Assembly (NCBI GenBank): GCA_937625935.1
Contig: OW569377.1
Span: 372,001 to 436,000 of the forward strand
Reading direction: 5' to 3'
DNA length: 64,000 nt
From: Tetramitus jugosus
Lineage: Eukaryota > Protista > Heterolobosea
The notes beneath the pieces are model-generated. The model saw only the letters and a program-made list of their open reading frames with translations, ran no database searches and was not told where the DNA came from. The position numbers and the translations under genes are program-made. Of this stretch, positions 21,447 to 29,548 are shown piece by piece; within the stretch, counting starts at the first letter, position 1, and each line of letters opens with the position of its first letter.

Positions 21447-23861
21447 ATGTGGGCAGCACAACACCTTCTTCTCTTGATAGCATCCATTTTCTTCTGTTCC
21501 TCCTTCTTGTTGGTATCATCTGTCCGTGCCAGTGACATTTCATGGTCCACTCTCACTGCCCAACAACTTTCAGAAGTTCCAGCTGATGAATTCTCCAAGA
21601 TATCCTCCGCTCAATTGGCATCCATTCCAAGTTCAAGTTGTAGTGGTTTCCAAACGGCTCAAATCTCCAACATTTACAAGTATTCTTGTTCTGGTTTCAA
21701 GGCTGCATGTTTTACTAATATGACCAGTAGTGCATTTGCTGGATTCAATAGTGGCTGTCTGAACAATTGGGATCAAGATCAGGTTCATGGCATCTCCAGC
21801 CAACAAGTTGCACAATTGACACCAGAGGCAATGAGTGGACTCTCAACTGCGTTGAAGGGCATCACGGGAGAGATGTGCTCTGGATTTTATGATGCTCAGG
21901 TTGTTCAATTGTACAAATACTCTTGTGCATATTTGAAGAGCAATTGTTTTTCATTCTTGACTGCCAATGGCACCAGTGGATTTACTTCAGATTGTGTCAG
22001 CAACTTTGATGCTTCTCAGGTTCAAGGACTTGGTCAAAATCAGATGGCTGCCTTCTCTCCAGCTGCATTTGCTGGATGGACCTCCAAGGCACTTGCTTCA
22101 GTTCAAGAAAATGCTTGTTCTGGATTCAAGGCTTCTCAGATTGAAATGTTGTACAAGTACAGTTGCGCTGGACTTGTTCGTCAATGTTTGTCCAAGATAG
22201 TTCCGCAGCGCTTCTCAGGATTTACCTCAGATTGCATCTCCAATATCAATTATGATCAATTGGATATGGTTTCCAGCGACCAAATTTCTCAATTGACTGC
22301 ATCAGCTGTCAAAGGGTTCACCTCGAAGCAAATGAGTGGTTTGAATGCCATTGCTTGTTCAGGATTCTCCAAAGATCAAATTTCAAACTTCTACAAGTAT
22401 TCTTGTGCTGGAATTTCAGCATCTTGCATGTCTCATATTCCTGCAGAGAGCTTTGCTGGATTCACCTCTGATTGTGCAAATAATTGGGATCAATCTGCAT
22501 TGAGCAAAGTATCCAGTGAACAAATGACTGATCTTTCAGAATCAGGAGTTTCTGGAATCTCACAGAAAGTATTGCAATCTATCGCACCATCTGCTTGTTC
22601 AGGATTTTCAAGCAAGCAATTGAATGCTGTGTACAAGTATAGTTGTGCAGGGTTTTTGTCTGATTGTACAGCCAATATCAACTCAAATCAATACTCTGGT
22701 TTCGCTGCTGATTGTACTGGCTATTTTTCAGCGCACTCATTAAGTAGCATCAATGCTATCCAATTGCAGTCATTCACACCAGAAGCTCTCAGTTCAGTTC
22801 CATCAAATACTTGGAATAACATTCCAGGAGAGAGTTGCAGTGGTCTCAATGGCAATTTGACCAGTGGCTTGGGGTATGGCTGTTCAGGAATTACTGCACA
22901 ATGTATTCAATCGATCAAGGATTCATCTGCCATTTCTGCACTCACATATCAATGCACCAGAAACTTGCCCACTGTTTCTATTGCAGTGTTCTCTCAGAAT
23001 CAATTATCTCAACTCAGTGCTAATGGGGTCAGTGGATTCAATGGACTGGCTCTGGCGACTCTTGTTATGAAGAAGCAAATGGATTTCGTTGATCTGATGA
23101 CTCTGGAGCAGGTGTCACTCGTTACACGTCAGGCTATCTATGATCTCAAGCGATTCATTGTGTCGGATCCTGCCGTTCCGCCACCAAAGAAGGTGATCAC
23201 CAAGGATGAATTGTCTGCTTTGACATGGCTTCAACTCGCTTATTCCACAATCGACTCATGCCAAGCCACTCTCAGCAGCAACACAATCAAGCAACTCCCA
23301 GACTTGGCATTGCAGGGCCTTCGCAATGACACCATTGTTGTTCTCCCATCTGATATCCTTTCTCAACTATCTGTGGCTCAAATTGATCATCTTCTTCCCG
23401 ATGCAATCAGCTATGCTTCTGCTTTACAAATTTCGAGCATTACTCCCAAAGGGTTTGGAGAGCATGGACTTGGTACCTACTTTAAGTTCATCTCCGTCCA
23501 TGTCATTCCCAATGTGACAGATGCTCAACTAACTCAAGCTGCCAATGTGACTCTCTATCATTTCTCTCAAGCATGTACCTGTGATCAATTTAGAGCCTTT
23601 ACTGAACAACAATTGAATGTAATTCAAGAAGTGAATCCTGATGAATTCAAGAAGTTGGATCAAGGTTGTGGGGCACCTAATCCTCCAACTCCGAGCTCCT
23701 CGGATCATCCAAAGGACACGAAAGCAGTGAAAATTGCTATTGGTGTCACTATTGGTGTTATTGCTGCTTTACTTGTGATTGGTACATTCGTAGGTATTGC
23801 GGTTTGTCTGATCAAGAAGCAGCCAAAGAGACAAACCATTTATGACCCTATCCTGGATTAA
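21447..23861 (+). CDS. Cys/Ser-rich repeat type I membrane protein, paralog 2
   Basis: Tandem paralog of 18935..21235; signal peptide, repeats, C-terminal TM helix and short tail with YDPI. Confidence 0.88.
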   Translation: MWAAQHLLLLIASIFFCSSFLLVSSVRASDISWSTLTAQQLSEVPADEFSKISSAQLASIPSSSCSGFQTAQISNIYKYSCSGFKAACFTNMTSSAFAGFNSGCLNNWDQDQVHGISSQQVAQLTPEAMSGLSTALKGITGEMCSGFYDAQVVQLYKYSCAYLKSNCFSFLTANGTSGFTSDCVSNFDASQVQGLGQNQMAAFSPAAFAGWTSKALASVQENACSGFKASQIEMLYKYSCAGLVRQCLSKIVPQRFSGFTSDCISNINYDQLDMVSSDQISQLTASAVKGFTSKQMSGLNAIACSGFSKDQISNFYKYSCAGISASCMSHIPAESFAGFTSDCANNWDQSALSKVSSEQMTDLSESGVSGISQKVLQSIAPSACSGFSSKQLNAVYKYSCAGFLSDCTANINSNQYSGFAADCTGYFSAHSLSSINAIQLQSFTPEALSSVPSNTWNNIPGESCSGLNGNLTSGLGYGCSGITAQCIQSIKDSSAISALTYQCTRNLPTVSIAVFSQNQLSQLSANGVSGFNGLALATLVMKKQMDFVDLMTLEQVSLVTRQAIYDLKRFIVSDPAVPPPKKVITKDELSALTWLQLAYSTIDSCQATLSSNTIKQLPDLALQGLRNDTIVVLPSDILSQLSVAQIDHLLPDAISYASALQISSITPKGFGEHGLGTYFKFISVHVIPNVTDAQLTQAANVTLYHFSQACTCDQFRAFTEQQLNVIQEVNPDEFKKLDQGCGAPNPPTPSSSDHPKDTKAVKIAIGVTIGVIAALLVIGTFVGIAVCLIKKQPKRQTIYDPILD

Positions 23862-24099
23862 AGTTTGGAGTATCTTGGCTCAAGGATGACATGAATGAAC
23901 CTATTTTTATTTGTTGACGAATTGGTCAGTAACTTGAAGGAATGATATTTGCATGTGAGAAACACACATTCATTATCCCCATTCGAATTGAAGTTTGTAG
24001 CGAACCTTCGATTCAATTCTAACTACTGATGAAAAAGTTGCTTAGTAGCAGTATTCGAATGTTGTATGTGTCCTCGTGTAACTTTAATAATGGAAATGA

Positions 24100-24460
24100 T
24101 ACCATTCCCTCCCTTGTAACGAAAATAAAGTTATCCAAAGCGAGCCATACGTGATGGAATAACTAAAACTGTTTTCGATCAATAATAATTACATGCTCTT
24201 GTCTTCAGAACTCATACGTATAAGTCATCTGCCAAAACCAATTCTCCACTCGGCATTTGGTTTCATTTTCATTGTTGATTAAACGACCATATTGCAGAGA
24301 GGTGTGGTCACAATTATTTCAAAGACTTCACTGTAACCTCTTTGAACAATGCACAATGACTATCTATTTCACTGTCCTGGCAATCTAGAAAAGTGATGGT
24401 GGTGATGATTAGACATGCATGGTAATTGCACAACGATCAAGTCAAAACATCGATCAAAAA
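24100..24460 (+). mobile_element. Possible decayed C-terminal zinc-knuckle region of a non-LTR ORF2
   Basis: Across frameshifts: YHSLPCNE ... PYC/RCGH ... DYLFHCPG, resembling LP(T)...CxxC...HLFxxC. Confidence 0.3.
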
Positions 24461-25579
24461 CGATTTGGTTGAATTCGGCGAAATAGAGAACAACAGAACC
24501 GACGGTCGGTTTTTATTTTCGTTTCGTTTTTACCATTCACTCATGTCCGTGATATTCCAAGATCTAGTATTACTGTTCTATTTGAAGCAAAGAGCAATTC
24601 ATACATATCGCACAAAAGCGTCGGATTTGGGTCTTGGGTTAATATATCTTGGGAAAAAGCAATGGATAAGTTTTTATAAATGTGGGTTTGAACTTCAGAA
24701 TTTCACGCCCTCTCCATGTGAAAATTCAAGGAACAAGTCAGCAACTCCTGTGAGAATTAATCAGGAAGTAATGATAGATCAAATGATCCAATAAGTAACC
24801 GAAACAATCCTTCAGCTCAAAACAAATCTGAACATGGTATTGTTGATGCAATCAGACACTCTTATCACTCAGTAGTCAATCAAAAAGAGACACTTCAGAG
24901 AGAACATTGAGAGGAAGATCATTGAAGATCCATTTATTGATAGAGTGGGAGCACGGCACCACTCAGTTGTTGACCAATTTGTGGAATTAACATATCGATG
25001 ACATCTCTTCTTCATTCTCCATGAGCATTGAAAATCCTCTTCCTGTAACATTTAACATATGTTGACGCAGGAATATTTGTTAGAAAGAAGCTTGTAGGAT
25101 GGCCTACTCAGATTTAAAATGTACGAGTAAACATTTAACCGTGTCAATGAAGGTCTGGAATCATCAATGTCATGAAAACTGTCCAACAACTGTAATCGCG
25201 AAGCAAACTCCTTCCTTGTCGATTCATTATGGATTGTTGTTTTATTTCTAGTGGCCATGCATGTTCATCCTCAATAAAATAGTCTGAGATGAACTGATCC
25301 TGGTCATCTTCCATTTGTTATTTGTTTGGTTGGAAAGTTTCGATTACAAGATTGAATAATCCAATCACATGAAAACGTCGGAAAAACGACATAAAAAAGT
25401 CAAAATGTGACGGGGTTTTACAAGGCAAAAAGACAGGTACAAAAAAGAAATATTCTGAATTCTACATGAAAAAGGGTCTAACACTATTCATATGTGTTTC
25501 TCCAACATCACCCCAAAAGACATTTTTCAAACATTGTAATTGCAATCTGTTTGTTTCTTGTGCGCTTGCGATTCGACGC

Positions 25580-25647
25580 TTCTGGGCAACATACGTAACA
25601 GTGTGTGCTAATATATACTCACACACTGTTACGTATGTTGCCCAGAA
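25580..25647. repeat. Perfect 28-bp inverted repeat with 12-nt loop
   Basis: TTCTGGGCAACATACGTAACAGTGTGTG (25580-25607) and its reverse complement (25620-25647). Confidence 0.95.
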
Positions 25648-25699
25648 TATACTTAACTAACAGTTCTTATAGTATAATGTCAGGTTGAAGAATCAAATT

Positions 25700-26045
25700 C
25701 AGAATATATTGCCAGACTTCTCTTTGAAGACAGCACCAAATTAGATGATACTCACTTGATTGTATCTTTCAAATTTACCGAAAATCGGCCAAACTGGAGT
25801 TCACCAGTATTACCATGGCAGAGAAATATAAGGTACTTAACAAATGTTGTGTTCAGTAATGACTCATTTATACAAAATTGTGAAGCGCTATTTAATCGGA
25901 GAAAATCATCTTCTGTTTCGGGACGGAAAGTTAAGAGCGAATCTCCGACATTGTCGCAACTGTTGGTGATCATATATTGATAGTGTTCAGCGAAAAGATA
26001 TCCTCGATCCCAAATCCCTTCAACAAATAATATAACTATTCTTTC
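25700..26045 (-). pseudogene. Possible caspase/CHAT-fold (DUF6642-like) gene remnant
   Basis: In-frame IVILFVEGIWD...RPETEDDF...YLIFLCHGNTG, bounded by stops. Confidence 0.35.
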
Positions 26046-26249
26046 GTCGTTTCACTTTATTTCCAATATCCATTGAGATCACCTGGCCCAACTTTTAGCG
26101 GGGTTTTCAAGCCCAACATACCATTTCTGACAATCCTCTTCCACCGGTCTCGTCCTTTGACTCTCTGACATTTTCTTGGGCTTTTGCCACTAAATCACGA
26201 CGACCGGAATTTTACATATGTTTTGTCGAAAGTAAACTTGACAAGCCAA

Positions 26250-27057
26250 AGCTCCGGCTTCAATGTTGGACATATTCGAGGAGAGAGGTTACTATGGCCA
26301 TCCAGATATGCAAAGATTGGCACGAATCAACAAAGCAATCGACGATCACGTTCAAAAATCTAACTGTGCACACTTCACAATTTGCTATGGTGTCAGAATC
26401 ATTCCAGGTTTTGATTTATGTAGAAGTTCTTGGCGGATAAGAAGCAATGACAACAGTGGAGTATATGGAGAAGTCGTCAACGGAATTAGATCTGCAAGAA
26501 AGTAACGAGATGTTGCAGTTCCATTTACAGAGTGGATGAAACTGCGCGCTCAGATTAGCATATGACTTCCATCGACATCAAAATCAGGCAATGTGTGGTT
26601 TATAGCCAAAGTACTGACATCCAACCTACTAGAGCTTCTGTCATCAAATTGAAGCAATGACAGTATTGTGGTCTCCCCCAAAGAATAATTTACCTCTACT
26701 TGCCATCTCCCGTATCATATGGGAGAGGAAGATCTACGAGTGAGCCTGTGGTCGACAAAGGATAGACCAAACTGACAGATTACGCAGTATCCAGAGCTAG
26801 ATACGAAGAGGGAAGAAGAGAGAAGCCAGTGCAATTGAAGAAGAAGTCCCACAGAGGAAGGTAATACTAACAAACTCCCCAGGAGGTACTGTCCAGATTA
26901 ACAAAGCACAACAAATTTCTGTGCGCAGCGAGGAAATGCCACAGAACCTATGAGCAAGACTTTGAATGTGGTCTGGTACAACATCCGAGGGCTTAAAATT
27001 AAACGGATTGGTGTTGTATCAATGATGGAATCAAGCCTAGATATAGATGTGTTGAAA
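26250..27057 (+). mobile_element. Decayed LINE-type retrotransposon: ORF1 end plus start of ORF2 AP-endonuclease
   Basis: ATG 26950 gives MSKTLNVVWYNIRGL...DIDVL (APE N-terminal motif), overlapping an upstream-frame stop as ATGA; truncated near 27057; left boundary approximate. Confidence 0.6.
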
Positions 27058-27964
27058 GTGTCCAAGAACGTAGAATGATTGCTGGCAATGGAAGAATCCT
27101 TGCTGTGTAGGTCGCTTGTGGTGAGACGTGCTGATCTTTTATTGTGTTCATTGAGTGGTGGTTGGCTCTTGGGTGACCGTAGTTGGAGTGGCGGGATGGG
27201 ATTCCGGCATGATCGACTCCCAGTCATCGGTCGTAGACGGAGTCGAAGTTCGAATTCGGAGATTCGCTCCGGCGTCCTTGGAGACGGGTCGCGAGGGGAA
27301 TCCGGTTGATGGAAGCCATATCTTTTAATACACTGACTTGGTGGCGCAGGTCGTCCACCACAGCCAGTAGCTCTTGGTACATCTTGGTCAGCCTCTTGCT
27401 GACAGCCTTGACCGTATCACGTGGGCGTGGAAGGAAGCGCTTTGCTTCCACCTCCACTGGCATGGATTGAACGTTCCGAAGCAATGCTTCGGCATACGTT
27501 TCGAACTCCATCACAACAAAGGCGGTGTCGTGCTTCTTGAGCACGTTCTTGACCTTTGTTGTACCAAGCATGGCCTTGATGTCGTCCTCCGTCTTACCTT
27601 TGACACCGTGGAGGACGACCTTCTTGGCACAATCAACGTTGTGCTTGAGTGCTGCCTTGCAGCCACTCATCTTCTTGTGGCGGTTGAAGGATTCAACAAA
27701 TGGGTAAATGTTGTCATCACAACAGTTACCCACGCAACAAACCTCTTGGGGCCCTTCTTGATGACTTGAACCCTGGTGAGCAAATCACCAAAATCCAAGC
27801 CAATCTTCTTGGCCAAGGCAGCCTTTCCAGTGATGATGACCTCCTTGCTGCTTGGTGCAGTTCCTCTTGGTGCTGTGGTCCACACAGCATAGCGTGGATT
27901 CTCATACTCACGAACAACAGGGGTGTGTGTTCGTTTTTTCATCGGCGTTTTTTTTTCTACGTTT
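27057..27964 (-). mobile_element. Element B: older, frameshifted, 3'-truncated relative of element A
   Basis: ORFs 27667..27942, 27224..27733 and part of 26898..27227 are collinear homologs of the 388-aa ORF; similar A-rich leader; no poly(A) remains. Confidence 0.82.
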
Positions 27965-27977
27965 TGTAATTGAATTC
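27965..27977 (+). repeat. Target-site duplication, left copy (TGTAATTGAATTC)
   Basis: Identical to 29320-29332; abuts the poly(T) tract 27978-28010. Confidence 0.88.
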
Positions 27978-29319
27978 TTTTTTTTTTTTTTTATTTTTTT
28001 TTTTTTTTTTCCATACAACCATGTGTGCTTGCGCAGCACGATTGCTCATTTATTGACTTGTTTTGTGAGTGACGACCCGTAGGGCGTCATTCACTCTTCT
28101 TCTCTTGTTGTCCCCGACGGTGCATCTACAGGTTGGAAGAATCACTCTGGTGAGTGTTTTGGTTGATGCCCTTCATCAAAGGGTGTAACCTTGTAGTAGG
28201 ACCGTCGATGGACACAGAGCCATCTGTTGTTTTTTTCTTGTTTTGGGCCTTGTTGCTCATCAGATCACCCAGTGTGATCCTAGCACTCCTCTTCTTGTTG
28301 TCATTGAGTTGTGGACTCTGAATCTCCTTTTCGGAGTCATCATCCACATCCACAATGACTGGTTCGTCCTCAGTCAAACCATACCTTTTGCGTGCAGCAG
28401 CCAGCGCCAAAGCAGCAATTTCCTTTTTCACTCTGGCGAACACTGGAGAAGTGGCATTCACTTGCTCCAGAATTTGCCGGTTCTCAGCACTGAGCTGTAC
28501 AACAGGCACTGATGGCAGTGGTGTTGCTACAGTCCTCTGTTCTTCTGCCTCCACTAGCTCAGGAGTAGTCTCCATCCTAGCAGTGACTTGGGCAACTTCT
28601 TGTTCCGACATTGGAACCGGTTTGTTGCCCCCTTGACCCTTTGTCTTTGCCAATTCCTTGGTGAATTCTGTGACCTGTCGACGCAGTCCGTCAACCACCG
28701 TCAGCAGCTCCTCGTACATCTTCGTCAACCTCTTGTTGACCGCCTTGAGAGGATCATGTGGTCTCTCGACGTATCGAGTGACCGTGGCCTTGACCTTGTT
28801 CTCTCCGCTGAGCACTGCCCGTGCATAGGTTTCATCACCCATGACCACGAAAGCAGTGTCACGCTTCTTTAGCACACTGGCAACCTTCTCAGGTCCCAGT
28901 AGCTTCTTGATGTCGTCCACTGACATATTCTTCATGCCATGGACGACCACCTTTCTTGTGCAATCAACGCTGCGCTTGGGTGCAGCAGTGCTGTTGCCAA
29001 TCCTCCTCTGTTTGTTGAATAGCTCAACAAACTCATAGATGCGGTCACCCTTGACCGTCACCCATGCAACAAAGCGTTGCTGGCCTTTCCTCTTGATGAC
29101 CTGGACTCGGTTGAGCCAGTCACCAAACTCCTCTCCTATCTTTCTTGCCAAAGATGACTGAGAGACACCATTACCGTTGCCAGTAATGACGACCTCTCTG
29201 TCACTTGGCCTAGAGCCTTTCCGTGCAGTGGTCCACACTGCATAACGGCTGTTGCCGTATTCCTTCACCAAATTTGTTGAATCACCAGACATGTGATTCC
29301 GTTTTTTTCTGCGTTTTTG
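27978..29319 (-). mobile_element. Element A: 1342-bp poly(A)-tailed, ORF1-only non-LTR retroelement 42 bp upstream of a tRNA gene
   Basis: 13-bp flanking direct repeat, 33-nt A tail (one interruption), AATAAA at 28049-28054, single intronless ORF, visibly more GC-rich than flanks. Confidence 0.85.
28126..29292 (-). CDS. ORF1p-like protein: two RRM-like domains, coiled coil, charged tail
   Basis: RNP2/RNP1-like strands EVVITG..FVAWVTV and KVVVHG..TAFVVM; heptad segment KAVNKRLTKMYEELLTVVDGLRRQVTEFTKELAK. Confidence 0.75.
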   Translation of the reverse strand: MSGDSTNLVKEYGNSRYAVWTTARKGSRPSDREVVITGNGNGVSQSSLARKIGEEFGDWLNRVQVIKRKGQQRFVAWVTVKGDRIYEFVELFNKQRRIGNSTAAPKRSVDCTRKVVVHGMKNMSVDDIKKLLGPEKVASVLKKRDTAFVVMGDETYARAVLSGENKVKATVTRYVERPHDPLKAVNKRLTKMYEELLTVVDGLRRQVTEFTKELAKTKGQGGNKPVPMSEQEVAQVTARMETTPELVEAEEQRTVATPLPSVPVVQLSAENRQILEQVNATSPVFARVKKEIAALALAAARKRYGLTEDEPVIVDVDDDSEKEIQSPQLNDNKKRSARITLGDLMSNKAQNKKKTTDGSVSIDGPTTRLHPLMKGINQNTHQSDSSNL

Positions 29320-29332
29320 TGTAATTGAATTC
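29320..29332 (+). repeat. Target-site duplication, right copy (TGTAATTGAATTC)
   Basis: Identical to 27965-27977. Confidence 0.88.
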
Positions 29333-29361
29333 CTTGTAATTAAGAGATATTGAGATGTACA

Positions 29362-29434
29362 GCGCCTTTAGCTCAGTGGATAGAGCACTGGACTTCGGAT
29401 CCAGGGGTCATGGGTTCGACTCCCATATGGTGTA
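29362..29434 (+). tRNA. tRNA-Arg(TCG): tRNA-Arg, anticodon UCG
   Basis: Cloverleaf: D stem GCTC/GAGC, anticodon stem CTGGA/TCCAG with loop CT-TCG-GA, T stem ATGGG/CCCAT with TTCGACT; A and B boxes intact; TTTT at 29437. Confidence 0.93.
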
Positions 29435-29548
29435 CGTTTTGTGATTTCTTGCTGGCAACAAGGTTTTTTTTTTGCCAGTTCGTTTGTGACTGTTTTTTTT
29501 TAGTTTAATACATGAAAACTCACCAAATGTGCATTTCTTATTTACTGA

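Noticed and set aside
26898-27227. 109-aa minus ORF as an independent gene
   Set aside because: Chimeric: frameshifted tail of element B running into the antisense strand of the APE remnant
27965-27977. TGTAATTGAATTC read as a conserved element terminus in a simple tandem duplication
   Set aside because: A and B are clearly diverged while this 13-mer is identical and abuts the poly(A) tail, which fits a TSD better; not fully excluded without other copies
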